The notes: generated from the letters alone by a model not told the origin. Positions 1 through 11,401 are shown, counted from the whole stretch's first letter. The stretch is DNA of 63,919 bases, filler included, from Globobulimina sp. (GCA_003354225.1; 44 parts of 44 records of this genome joined end to end with filler, not necessarily neighbours in it); one strand, 5' to 3'. Numbers and translations are program-made.

Positions 1-11
1 TGCTTAATATT

Positions 12-1193
12 ATGCTTATGTTCCATGCCTTTTTCAACTTCATGGCAAGTATCAACGTTACATCCTTTTATAATACTGTTTATACTGCAGAGCCGATTCA
101 TGTACAGCATCGGAAATATTTCAACTGTATCATCAAATTGGATTTGCCACGAATTATTTATAAATATTTGCTATGGTCAGCACAATTGTCAGTTACTAAT
201 CATTTATTTCGGTATGCTATGACTATGCAGATATCATTGGTGCAATTTATTGAATCTTTTTTACAATTTTGTGGCAATGATCAATATTCAAAATGTCTAT
301 TTTCTGATTCATCATTGTTAAACTTTGCATATTTTGTATTTACCGATTCTGCGTTGCATGAATTTAAAGAATGTGCATTTGATTGTAATGGAGAATGGGA
401 ACATGATCCGTACCCAATTCACGAAGTTAAATGCAGAACACATGGCATTTTATCCTGTTTTCATGTTTTGAACGGTGGCAAACGAACTCAATTTGTTGAC
501 AAATTATTGAAATACAAAAATGGACAGTTACTACAAAAAATGTTCATTCATTGTATTGAAAATAGGCCAATTATTATCTGTTTAATAACATCCATTATAA
601 AATACAGCACATCGTCTCAGTGCAAACAATTTATGAAACGTTATTTATTTTTATTCAAATGTGTCCCAGACTTATATGCAAATTTAATTGGTATAGCCAC
701 TGTAAAATTGGAGATGCGGAATGAGGACTGCTGTTTAGATGTTTCATTGACTGGTTTATTGGAGGAATGTGGTCTGAATTTAGTATTTGATTCACAATGG
801 TTAGTCGACTACGAATATTTAGTGTCTTTTGTGCAGCTTAGAAATTCAAAATATTTTAATGATGCTGTCCAATGCAATGAATTGTATTGGATGATAGTTT
901 CTGAATTTTTAAATCTTGATGCTGAAGAAATGAGAGAATCAATTAAACAGAAACGAAAATATTTAAAAATGCGATTCAAAGATACATTTTGTGCGTACAA
1001 GAATTGTCAACAAAAGAATTACAGAGTGAATAATACAAAATTGTGTTCAGGATGTCGTATGGTGTATTATTGCTGCTCGAATCATCAAAAAAAAGATTGG
1101 AACTATGGTGGACATAGATTTATTTGTCAGGTGTTGGCACAACATGTACAACATATGTGTAGAACTGCCATTAACTGGAAATTGGAAATTTAG
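12..1193 (+). CDS. MYND-type zinc finger protein (5' end uncertain)
   Basis: C-terminal CAYKNC...CSGCRMVYYCCSNHQKKDW...HRFIC matches zf-MYND. Confidence 0.85.
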   Translation: MLMFHAFFNFMASINVTSFYNTVYTAEPIHVQHRKYFNCIIKLDLPRIIYKYLLWSAQLSVTNHLFRYAMTMQISLVQFIESFLQFCGNDQYSKCLFSDSSLLNFAYFVFTDSALHEFKECAFDCNGEWEHDPYPIHEVKCRTHGILSCFHVLNGGKRTQFVDKLLKYKNGQLLQKMFIHCIENRPIIICLITSIIKYSTSSQCKQFMKRYLFLFKCVPDLYANLIGIATVKLEMRNEDCCLDVSLTGLLEECGLNLVFDSQWLVDYEYLVSFVQLRNSKYFNDAVQCNELYWMIVSEFLNLDAEEMRESIKQKRKYLKMRFKDTFCAYKNCQQKNYRVNNTKLCSGCRMVYYCCSNHQKKDWNYGGHRFICQVLAQHVQHMCRTAINWKLEI

Positions 1194-1356
1194 TAGTTTG
1201 TATGGAGAATTTTGTGTGTCATTTTTATAATAATATATACACAAAGTTCTTTATGCAAGAGTTAATTTGGCAAAGAAATTTCCATGTGCCACAACTTGCG
1301 CTTCCAAAGAGCCAGTAAAAGTACCAACATCCGTATGATTCCATAAGTCCCTGACT

Positions 1357-1456
1357 NNNNNNNNNNNNNNNNNNNNNNNNNNNNNNNNNNNNNNNNNNNN
1401 TTAATTAATTAANNNNNNNNNNNNNNNNNNNNNNNNNNNNNNNNNNNNNNNNNNNN
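1357..1456. other. Artificial contig linker (44 N + TTAATTAATTAA + 44 N); occurs 43 times, every ~1455 nt
   Basis: The identical 100-nt spacer has stops in all six frames. The intervening contigs are 1356, then 1355, then 1354 bp long (size-sorted). Confidence 0.99.
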
Positions 1457-1531
1457 TTAGTCAAATGTCAACGACTAGTGCTGTCTGAACATACTTATAA
1501 ACAGAAAAACAACAAATGTAGAATAAATAAA

Positions 1532-2707
1532 TTATAATAATAAATTATTTTCTTCATCCTCAGTCATTTGAACTACAGCAATGTTATCATCAGTTTGTAC
1601 CAATGGTTGGAATTCATTTTCTTCTAAAACACCTGTTGAATCAGTTGGAACTTTAAATACTTTCGATGATACTTGTAATGATCTCTTACTATGCCCACCT
1701 GCATGTTCACCATCATCACTCCCTCCACTTTCCTCATCTTCAGTAACGCCATCCAACTCCGTCTGTAGTCTCATTAAACCACTATTATCCCGTGAAGGTT
1801 TCCTATAAATCGTATTATTTTTCATTAATTTCCTTTTTAATGTGCGTCCCTTTTGTGTGGGATCCACTGTAATATCATCCAATTTTTTACCCAAATATTG
1901 CTTTGCTTTGTCTTTATTTGAAGACATATATTTGAAAGACATACCCTTTTTTTTTAAACCAAGATTACTTGATTTAAATCGCTTAATATCATCATATCTG
2001 TCCTTATATTTTACAATTGCCTCATAATTCAATTGTCGATCCCTTTCGTCCAACGACTTGCTCCGTTGCCGCATGGTAACATCTTTTATTTTAAACATCA
2101 TTAACGAGGCAAGAAACACTAAGATTATATTCTCAATGGTTAATATAATGGAAATAGTGCCCATAGATCCTAATTCCTTTGCAGTGTAACCATTGCCGCG
2201 TTCGGGGTATATATAAATATATAACGACATCGCCCATAACATGCCACAGTTGACAGCCGGTGGTAGCAACGAAGCAGAAATAGCCACACCAATCACAGTG
2301 GCGACATAATCGCCGACTACAGATAGTGCTACGCCTACTCCACTCGCAAAAGCTACGATGGCGCCCGTCGTTAAGCCAATTGAATGACCGCGTGATGACA
2401 TTTCGACAGTTGGCCACGGCCATTCTGCGCTTGGATCATTTTTACTGATTCCTAGAAAGACAAATGCCACAATAAAGCCAACTATTATGCAGATTAATAA
2501 ACTCCAAATCTCATTTTTTAAACCTAATATGGCCAATGATTGCGCCCATTTGAATTTGCGCAAATGGACACCAAATGTTAGCGCCAACACCTTAAAACAA
2601 AACAATATTTGACGATATGGCAAGAAATTTCGGAGCCATGCGATAAATCTAAAACAAGGTTGTATGCGCAACTGAAACAATATCCTGTGGTATGTACAAG
2701 TGTACAA
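1532..2707 (-). CDS. DUF389 family membrane protein with a charged C-terminal tail (true 5' end uncertain)
   Basis: IVAFASGVGVALS...IGVAISASLLPPAVNCG and EMSSRG are typical DUF389 motifs. Confidence 0.8.
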   Translation of the reverse strand: MYTCTYHRILFQLRIQPCFRFIAWLRNFLPYRQILFCFKVLALTFGVHLRKFKWAQSLAILGLKNEIWSLLICIIVGFIVAFVFLGISKNDPSAEWPWPTVEMSSRGHSIGLTTGAIVAFASGVGVALSVVGDYVATVIGVAISASLLPPAVNCGMLWAMSLYIYIYPERGNGYTAKELGSMGTISIILTIENIILVFLASLMMFKIKDVTMRQRSKSLDERDRQLNYEAIVKYKDRYDDIKRFKSSNLGLKKKGMSFKYMSSNKDKAKQYLGKKLDDITVDPTQKGRTLKRKLMKNNTIYRKPSRDNSGLMRLQTELDGVTEDEESGGSDDGEHAGGHSKRSLQVSSKVFKVPTDSTGVLEENEFQPLVQTDDNIAVVQMTEDEENNLLL

Positions 2708-2912
2708 ATACTGTTTCCATTTGACCTTATATTGTTTCTATCTGACAGTATAGCGTTGTCATATGACCGTTTTCTTGCCATATACGGTCAAATATAGTGT
2801 CAGATGGTCAAANNNNNNNNNNNNNNNNNNNNNNNNNNNNNNNNNNNNNNNNNNNNTTAATTAATTAANNNNNNNNNNNNNNNNNNNNNNNNNNNNNNNN
2901 NNNNNNNNNNNN

Positions 2913-4268
2913 AACACAAAATATTATAAAAATCCAGCAATAACCATTCCTTGATATGATCTTTGTACATATCGATATATCCATCATTCCCTTGTAATGC
3001 TGATGGTAAAAATTTACACATAGCAGCTGATAATTCGTATGCATTTCGAACATTACTCTCTGTTTTCAACTTTTCTAACATCGTTTTTCTAATATCGTTT
3101 TTCTTCATATTTTGTTGCATAATTATCGCCATAATGAGCCGATAGGTATATTTCGGAAACGTATTAACGTCACAATAACAATGCATCTTTGACTTGCTTT
3201 GACATCGGGTTTTCCCGCATTTTGCAGCTAACGAAAATGCAAAAAAGCTTTGTAATAAATGTTGATAGGTTTTGTTTTCCAATTTAACCGCATAATTATT
3301 GTGACGCAGTGTAAATAATAATTGTGGATGAATTTGGGAGAGACTCGCTATTTTGTTAAATACATTGACATCAAATCCAGATTTTTGTTGATGTTTAATC
3401 TGAAATATAACCATACATTTCTCAAATATTTCGAAATGAGATCGCTTTATAATTTCCTTGGATGGTTCGCATAACTGATTATTTGGCAATGTCACCCAAA
3501 ATGGTTCGCCTATAAATGAATTTTCTTCTTTTCCAATGGATTTCACATTCAATTGGATTTTATTTTTATTTTCTTCATTAAAATCAGATATAATATCTGC
3601 AATTACTACCACTCCATCATCACATTTATAGCCAACACGTTTAATGTTTTTAAAATTCGTCCTCTTGCTCCATTTTTTAAATGTTCTGTCATACTGAGTT
3701 GAGATAACAAATACAAATAACATATATATAAAAACATGGCAACACAGAACATACGGAGTTATTTTTCCCATTTTCGAGCGAAATATTTGCCATATCCTGA
3801 AATTGACATTTTTTTATCCGATAATAGAGCTTAACTATTAATAACAATGTTTTCTTATCACATTTTGTAAATGTGGATAAATTTTCGACAAATCTTTGTT
3901 CTTTAAAACTATCAAACATTGAGCCATTAATTCCTTCCATTACAAAATATTCAACAATTCTATCTTTAAATGGATTTAATTTCAAAAATGCAGGATCTGA
4001 TAATAAATAATTTAAAATGTATAAAATGTCCGCGTATTCACATTGTATTAATGCTTTTATCGAACCATTCCATTTTAAATGTGTTTTTATATAAAACGCG
4101 GTGATTGTAAACACATTGATTTCTGCAATTGTTTGATATAAAAAACACAAATCATTTTGTATCGCTTGTGTGTGGTCAATATAGCGAGTTAAGTCAGATA
4201 CAAATTCATTTTTGGACTTGGATTTAAATTTTGCTCCATCCATTTCATGCAATTCAAAATATTCTATA
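2913..4268 (-). CDS. Hypothetical protein, partial, two exons (intron 3694-3754)
   Basis: Removing a 61-nt GTATGT...TCAG intron joins ORFs 3689-4252 and 2857-3771 in frame. Confidence 0.6.
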
Positions 4269-4368
4269 NNNNNNNNNNNNNNNNNNNNNNNNNNNNNNNN
4301 NNNNNNNNNNNNTTAATTAATTAANNNNNNNNNNNNNNNNNNNNNNNNNNNNNNNNNNNNNNNNNNNN

Positions 4369-5183
4369 AAGACTCATTCCTACTTCATCAAAAGACATAC
4401 ATCGAAAAGCTGTTAGAAAAGTATGGTCTAGTGGGAGCCACTCCTGTCTCAACACCTTTGGATGTGAATGTTCAATTAGTCAAAGATGATGGTGTCAGCA
4501 AGTTGGCAGATCAGAAGCTGTACCAGTCAATTGTCGGAAGTTTACTCTATGTTGCTATCGCTTCTCGTCCCGATATACAACATGCTGTCAGTATGGTGTC
4601 CAAGTTCAATGCTAAACCATCAGAAACTCATATGACAGCCGCAAAAAGAATCCTTCGTTATTTGAAAGAGACGAAAGCATTTGGGTTACAGTATCTGCCA
4701 TCAAGCCCTGATCTGTATGGTTATGCAGATGCAGATTATGCTGGTGATCTGACCGATCGTCACTCAACCTCCGGATTCTGTTTTATGTTGGCCTCTGGCG
4801 TGATTAGTTGGCATTCAAAGAAACAATCTGTTATCGCATTGTCAACTGCCGAAGCGGAATACATAGCATTGTCTCATGCTACTCAAGAAGTCATTTGGTT
4901 AAAGCGGCTCTTTGCTGAAGTAGGAATGAGTCTTGGTTCAATTGTTATTAATGATGACTCACAAGCCGCTATTGCTATGGCTAAGAATCCCATACATCAT
5001 TCAAAGTCGAAACACATCGATATACGGTATCATTTCCTTCGTGAAGAGTTGGAAAAGAAAACATTCAAATTGGAGTACTGTAATACAAAGGAAATGGTCG
5101 CCGACACATTCACAAAACAACTCCCAAGAGTTCAGTATCAAAAGTTAAGAAAGCTCATGGGTGTTCACAACATGGAATGTTAA
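4369..5183 (+). mobile_element. pol: Ty1/copia retrotransposon pol, C-terminal RT and RNase H
   Basis: YQSIVGSLLY...RPDI, GYADADYAGD...STSG, KKQSVIALSTAEAEY, KHIDIRYHF and MVADTFTK motifs. Confidence 0.95.
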
Positions 5184-5190
5184 GTGGGAG

Positions 5191-5483
5191 TGTTGCAGTT
5201 ATATGTTTGTGTAACGTTCATGTTATGTTTGTATAATATATTGTTAAGTTGCGCCATTGGTGCGCCATCTAGGTAGTAGCGTATATTAATGTTGTTGTGT
5301 AGCCCAGTCGCTGCGTCGTCCGGACAGCTGAGCCTCTCTCTGTTGTTCGTTGTTGTACGTGACGCGTCTCTCTCTTGTTGTGGCCGTTGTGGCCTGTTGT
5401 TAGGTTTACTTATTGCTAATTCCTTTGTGGTTTATTGATGATAAACAGAACGACTTTATTATTCCAATAATCTTATTATAACA
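5191..5483 (+). repeat. Copia LTR (TGTT...AACA), preceded by a polypurine tract (AAGTGGGAG, 5182-5190) and followed by PBS-like GGTTATGGGCC (5486-5496)
   Basis: The PPT directly follows the pol stop, the termini are inverted TGTT/AACA, and a copia-type PBS lies 2 nt downstream. Confidence 0.75.
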
Positions 5484-6010
5484 AGGGTTATGGGCCGCTT
5501 GTTTCCCTCCTGTGCTTAATTCTGTTACAAAAAAAATTGTTTATTTTGCTCCTGTTAACGACGATCACTTTCTGCTTTTTTATTTGTCGCTTTGTTGGAA
5601 AAGCGACACAATAAGGTGAATTATTAATTCATTCTTTTTTCGTAGTGGTCTGGCCTTAAGTCTTGCAGGTTGTGCAAAACATGATTACATTTATATACAA
5701 CTTGGTTGTATGTAAACATTTTTTNNNNNNNNNNNNNNNNNNNNNNNNNNNNNNNNNNNNNNNNNNNNTTAATTAATTAANNNNNNNNNNNNNNNNNNNN
5801 NNNNNNNNNNNNNNNNNNNNNNNNTTTACTGTTTAACCACTACTTTTTATGTAAACACAGTGTAGTTGAATATTGTTTTTTTGTTAGGCAAAACATGGAG
5901 TACCCAAAAAAATTTTGATACGCTACGAAAAGTTCACTTTGATAATCACGAGAGAAAAAAATAAGTACTCAAACAAGAAGGTTACGAAAAGTTCACGACC
6001 AAAAAAAAAA

Positions 6011-7074
6011 TCACGACCAGTAAAATTTTTTCCATTCTTTCCAATTCCAACATTTTTTTTTTGAAAATCCAAAACAATCCAAAAACAAACGATGAAATTG
6101 ATGAGGGTCAACATTCTGATACGGCCCGGTCGTAAAATTAATTCTTGCGGCTGTATTTAACAAATCATTTTCATTGACATAGTCTCTAAATATTTGACCC
6201 ACTCTGTTAAACATCAATCGATGATATTTATTCACTTGAAATATTCCTTGCAAAATCATTGTATTACTATTTTCTGCTAAAATGATATCCAAAATGGTCC
6301 GATATAAATGATATTTGAATTCTGTCTCTTTGATTATAAGCTTTACTTCCATACTATCCATTGATTTGTGTTTAATACATTGCTCCAAATAATAACAATA
6401 ATTTTTATAGGCAATCTCTTTATTTTCAACTGAGCAGAATTTCTGCAAATCATAACACAAAAAACTTCGAACAAATACTTGCGATGAGTTTAATAACATG
6501 AAATTAATAATTTTCTTAAATTCGTCAAACGGCCAACAGCAAACACTGCGAACTAAAAATCCAAAAAAAGGATAACCGCCACAAAATTTTGCATAATTAC
6601 AAATTGCTGTCACTAAAACAATTTTGTATCTGTAATCCAAAATCTTTGGCATATTTAAACGTTTTTGTGCCGTCAGCTAACGGAAAAGGGTTAAAATAGA
6701 TAGGTACATACATCCGTTTTAAAAGCAGGTTCATTGAGGTAAATTTTGGCCAAATCAAACGAACAATGGATATGCTTTTGATTCAAGACATATTTTAACC
6801 AAAATATAACCAGATGAGAGTTCTGCAGTTTCCATAGCAATACAAAATCAAATGGAATTTTATTATATTGTATGGCGTTGTATTGATTATCAAATGGATT
6901 ATATGGCGTTTCTTCATCAATTTGCGCAGTCTCCCAATCAATATCATCATCAACAACTTTCCATTCATCACAAAGTGTTATTGCCTTTTTATGGCAAACA
7001 GGAAATGCTTTCAGTTCAACAAAGCCAAAATCAGTATAAAATTTTGGAATTATTTGGTATGGATTTGTGTTCAA
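6011..7074 (-). CDS. Hypothetical protein, two exons (35-nt intron 6677-6711)
   Basis: Removing GTATGT...CGTTAG gives in-frame ...AFKTD|LTAQKRLNMPKIL..., joining the two ORFs. Confidence 0.65.
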
Positions 7075-7280
7075 ATTGCAATAATACTGGTAAAATGGCT
7101 TAGATATTTCAAATATTCTGCCGATTTGCGAAGAAATTAATCGGTGAATAACTACCTTATTTTCATTATCATTGACAAAANNNNNNNNNNNNNNNNNNNN
7201 NNNNNNNNNNNNNNNNNNNNNNNNTTAATTAATTAANNNNNNNNNNNNNNNNNNNNNNNNNNNNNNNNNNNNNNNNNNNN

Positions 7281-8636
7281 CATGCCATTGTTCCTCCAGC
7301 ACACCATCAGTAATAATCTCTTGCATGGATCTCTGTCCTGAATGTGGCAGTTCCCATTTTGATTTGGACGCAGCTGCTTTTGCAAGGATTGTCGGTGCGG
7401 GCTTAGCAGGAATCTGTGGTGTGATTGAAACAACTGTTCGGAGGGTGAGCTGTCCATATTTGACAAATATTAAAATCAGAGCAAAGAGCGGCACATCGCA
7501 ATATTGGTACGGTTTCCATATTGATAATATTGCTGGATATGGAGCAGTCAGCGCTGCAGAGGTCAAATCATTTGGCAGTTCGAGCTATGACACAACTTGT
7601 GATAAATCAGGAGGTGCCTCATATTGGCTTTGTGCGGGAGGCTTCCCGTTGGCGGCACCGCTCTCTCTGAAATTAACAAATGATAATAATGAAGTGGTTG
7701 TATTCGATGATTGTATCACTAATTTTGATGGTGGCGCTGAATTCGACTGTGGCAGTAATTTTGGTGGAGGAGTTGAGTAATAATAATATACCATCCATCA
7801 ACACTGTTTTTTAGTGTATGATTGATAGATATATGTACAATTAAAATAATCAGGCAACTCCGACTGCAATGACTTTAATTCCAACCACTAAATCACCGAC
7901 CTCTGTTACAGCAGCACCCGTATCACAGCCAACAACCTCACCAATGTCCGGTCCATCCTGTGGTTTGTTGGCCAAATTTACACTGCAAACTGGAAGTTCA
8001 TTGTGGTGGCTTGCTTTTGTTAAGTATCTATGCACATATTTTATACAAATATCAGTGTTAATATAATGTTTTTAGTTTATTGATGAGTTATGCTGCGGCA
8101 CTGTGACAAAAGTGGAAGTTAAGGATGGCAGTAATTATGTATCATATGTAATTGGTGTAGATTCAACATATAATTATTGGCAATTTGATAATGCGGATTA
8201 TGGTGGTTTGTCATTCAGTGCTCCGCTTACAGTCCGTGTCACAAATACTAACAATGAAGTTATTGAATTTCTTGATGTGCTGCAAAGTGTTGACCCTCCG
8301 AATATATTTTATGGTGATACTAATTTCTGTGTTAAGTATCTATATTGGTACACATACCATATCTATGTTACACATTAAATTAATGCATTAAACACCTAAA
8401 AGACATCAACATCGCCACCAACCGATGCAACAACAATTGCCCCGACCCAAAAACCTACAAATCAACCAATAAAACTACCTACAAATAACCCAAGTTATCA
8501 GCCAACAAAATCACCCACAGACAATCCAACAAATAATCCATCAAAGAATCCAATTCCAGGTACACGCACAGTACAATTAAATGCAAAAACGATTTCCTAT
8601 GTTTTTAATAATGCATAGCACCAACAAAAAATCCAA
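7281..8636 (+). CDS. Expansin-like protein, partial: DPBB domain, CBM63-like domain, Pro/Thr linker, second CBM63-like domain, Pro/Thr tail; introns 7772-7853, 8019-8075, 8331-8402 and probably ~8560-8618
   Basis: DLCPEC...HFDL...AF, RRVSC, GTSQYWYGF and GSSLWWLAF...YNYW motifs. The first three introns were checked by hand and keep the frame. Confidence 0.8.
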
Positions 8637-8737
8637 NNNNNNNNNNNNNNNNNNNNNNNNNNNNNNNNNNNNNNNNNNNNTTAATTAATTAANNNNNNNN
8701 NNNNNNNNNNNNNNNNNNNNNNNNNNNNNNNNNNNNT

Positions 8738-9826
8738 GTGTTATGGATTTTGATATTATTCCGCGGCGTGTACTCGTATATCACGTGGAACACTATCTGG
8801 TCGACTCCGGCCTGGGTCTTCTACGGCAGTTTGGTGATGGTTTGGTTCTTATTCTTCAGTTTGAAAGTGACGCCGAAAACGAATTTCGTAGTATCGGACT
8901 TCTGGCGATGGATGGTGGTGCATATGTGGGTGGAGGTGACTTTCGAGGTCTTCACCACGGTCATCGTGGCCTTCTTGTACCGCGAGATGGGATTAGTAAG
9001 CAAGAAAGCGGCGGAACGGGCGACTTACATCGCTGTGATGCTGTTCTTCTTGACCGCCACCATCGGCGTCGGACATAATTTTTATTGGATTGCGAAGCCG
9101 ACGGGAGTCATTGCGATGGGCTCGGCCTTCTCAACCACGCAAGTCATGCCGCTAATTTTGTTGACAATGGATGCGTGGAAATTCATCCAAATGCGGGAAA
9201 AGGCGGAGTTGGAGCAAGCGAAAGGAAATCAGAAGCACATTATGCGCGGAGTGTGGTTGTTTATGCTCGGCGTCAACTTCTGGAACGTATTCGGTGCCGG
9301 AATCTTGGGCTCGTTTATCAATTTGCCGGTGGTTAATTACTATATGCACTCGACGTATTTGACTGGCAACCACGCCCATGCCGCCATGTGGGGCGTGAAG
9401 GGCAACATTGCCATCGCCGGCGTGCTATTTTGTGTGCAGCATACGGTGAAAGAGGAGTATTGGTCCCCGAAGATTGTGTCGGTGGCCTTTTGGTCGTTGA
9501 ATGGAGGCATTGCGGCTCAGATGTTTTTGTCGATGTTCCCCGCGGGATTGCTCCATATGTATACGGCTATGGCGGAGGGATTGTGGGCCGCGCGGACTCA
9601 CGATATGTACAATTCGGCGCTCTTTCAAAATTTGGCGAAAGGCCGCGCGTTTGGAGGACATATCTTTTTGTGGGGCGGGTTGGTGCCGCTTGTTTACTTT
9701 GTGATTTCCAGGTATTTTTATTTGAAGCCGACCACGAAGAATATTGACAAGAATCGCAAATATGATTCATTTTGGTTGGATGCGGCACATACTGCGCCTT
9801 ATCAGACCCTTAAGAAAGTTAATTAG
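8738..9826 (+). CDS. nod: qNOR-family heme-copper oxidase superfamily protein, Nod (putative nitric oxide dismutase) type; C-terminal half, 5' truncated
   Basis: WRWMVVHMWVEVTFEVF, GVGHNFYWIAKPTG, FSTTQVMP, NFWNVFGAG, NLPVVNYYMH and HAHAAMWGVKG; shows HH->HN and E->Q relative to qNOR. Confidence 0.9.
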   Translation: MLWILILFRGVYSYITWNTIWSTPAWVFYGSLVMVWFLFFSLKVTPKTNFVVSDFWRWMVVHMWVEVTFEVFTTVIVAFLYREMGLVSKKAAERATYIAVMLFFLTATIGVGHNFYWIAKPTGVIAMGSAFSTTQVMPLILLTMDAWKFIQMREKAELEQAKGNQKHIMRGVWLFMLGVNFWNVFGAGILGSFINLPVVNYYMHSTYLTGNHAHAAMWGVKGNIAIAGVLFCVQHTVKEEYWSPKIVSVAFWSLNGGIAAQMFLSMFPAGLLHMYTAMAEGLWAARTHDMYNSALFQNLAKGRAFGGHIFLWGGLVPLVYFVISRYFYLKPTTKNIDKNRKYDSFWLDAAHTAPYQTLKKVN

Positions 9827-10192
9827 AGTTTATAGTAAATCGGTATTTTATATTTTTATTGCAACAGCGATTTTCTTTTTTGTTTTGGACGTCTAATATT
9901 TTGCAGGTGATTTTTTGGATATTGCCTTTTTGTTTTTTTGCTTTTTATATTAATTACTGTCTTCTTCGATTTTAAAGTTGTTGTGGTGTTTTTTTTTTAT
10001 TATTTTATAATTTAATTTATTAGTTCTTTGTTCTTCGAAATTTCTGGTTCTCAGTTCTATCGGATTTACAGTAATTAGTTATTCCAAAAACANNNNNNNN
10101 NNNNNNNNNNNNNNNNNNNNNNNNNNNNNNNNNNNNTTAATTAATTAANNNNNNNNNNNNNNNNNNNNNNNNNNNNNNNNNNNNNNNNNNNN

Positions 10193-10512
10193 GAATATAA
10201 TAAGAATAATAATGTCCATAAATGATATGAATACGAGGCGAGCAAGAGTACCCGTGAGAGATATAATAATTCGACTTTATAACACCAAACTATTGAAATA
10301 AAGATTCTCGATCCACTGTACAGTAATGCTATTATAAAAAACATATATTGTGAGATTAGTAACATTGGAGAGGCTTTTTTTGCTTTTCGGAGGCCTCTTA
10401 CATGATATATTGAAATAATACAAACAAAACATTGCACCAATTCAATAATACAATATAATGCTAAAAGAAACAATTCCGCTGTCCTGTAGTGTTGACATGT
10501 GTACGTTGCCAT
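10193..10512 (-). CDS. Multi-pass (7TM-like) membrane protein, N-terminal fragment
   Basis: Three hydrophobic helices; runs off the contig end. Confidence 0.5.
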
Positions 10513-10618
10513 CAGTGTTTTTTTTTATACTTCAAAATCCAAAATAGTTATCTTGCTAAATCTACACATCACAAATGTACTTTAGAAGAATATAGATCAC
10601 TGTACAATAGTGTATATA

Positions 10619-11401
10619 TTATAATAATGTGAAAACATTATCTTTTATCTGAGAATGACGAGATATTTGTTTTTCTTTGCATGTGATTGAAGTAAATCGA
10701 TCAGCGGAAATATGCCCTTTTCCAAAAGTTTCAAATGTTCCCATTGTTTTGATATCAATGGATGCATTATGTGAGGTAATGTAACCTCTGTTTATCATTT
10801 TAAAGTCACCACCGATTTGAATATTAATATCATTGCCATACGAAGTAATTCGTGCTCTATCACTCATTTCTAAATTATTCCCACAGTAAATTGTAATATG
10901 TCCACTTTGAATGCATGCTCTATCAATTAATTGTATATCATTCTCAACGTTGATAAATATATTTCCATCCTCGTATTTTCTCCGCAATTCTGCGCTTTTA
11001 TCCGTATTTAATAATAATTTTGTATATCCTTTATCTGTGCCATACTGTTTACTTAATGTTAATATGGAGGCCATGTCGTTGATAACCAAATTCCTGCAGG
11101 AAATATATATACTTCCTCCGTAATATTTTGCATCAAATTGGATTCGATCATTGATATAAACATCATTCATCACAATGATTCTCATATTTTTACATTTGCC
11201 AATCATTTTTTTGTCCAATTTCAATGTATCAAATACACGAATATTATCATCATCGATATAATATGATCGTTGCGATGTTGTGCAAAGTGGATATTTTTGT
11301 GTTTCGAGTTGTTGCATCATTGTATATCGCAACCCAAAAAGATTCAAATCATTTTCAGCAAAATTAATACAAATTCTGACTACTTGGTCGGTAATATTCA
11401 T
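10619..11401 (-). CDS. Hypothetical protein with beta-helix-like repeats
   Basis: 260-aa ORF with about 22-aa repeats of the form IxIxxxxxxxMxxRxxITS. Confidence 0.55.
   Translation of the reverse strand: MNITDQVVRICINFAENDLNLFGLRYTMMQQLETQKYPLCTTSQRSYYIDDDNIRVFDTLKLDKKMIGKCKNMRIIVMNDVYINDRIQFDAKYYGGSIYISCRNLVINDMASILTLSKQYGTDKGYTKLLLNTDKSAELRRKYEDGNIFINVENDIQLIDRACIQSGHITIYCGNNLEMSDRARITSYGNDINIQIGGDFKMINRGYITSHNASIDIKTMGTFETFGKGHISADRFTSITCKEKQISRHSQIKDNVFTLL

Noticed and set aside
1401-1412. Regularly spaced TTAATTAATTAA as a biological repeat or CRISPR array
   Set aside because: It is always embedded in 44+44 N and is an artificial six-frame-stop linker.
8738-9826. Canonical norB/qNOR or cytochrome c oxidase subunit I call
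   Set aside because: It lacks the HH pair and the conserved Glu of qNOR, and lacks the HPEVY cross-link Tyr motif of oxidases.
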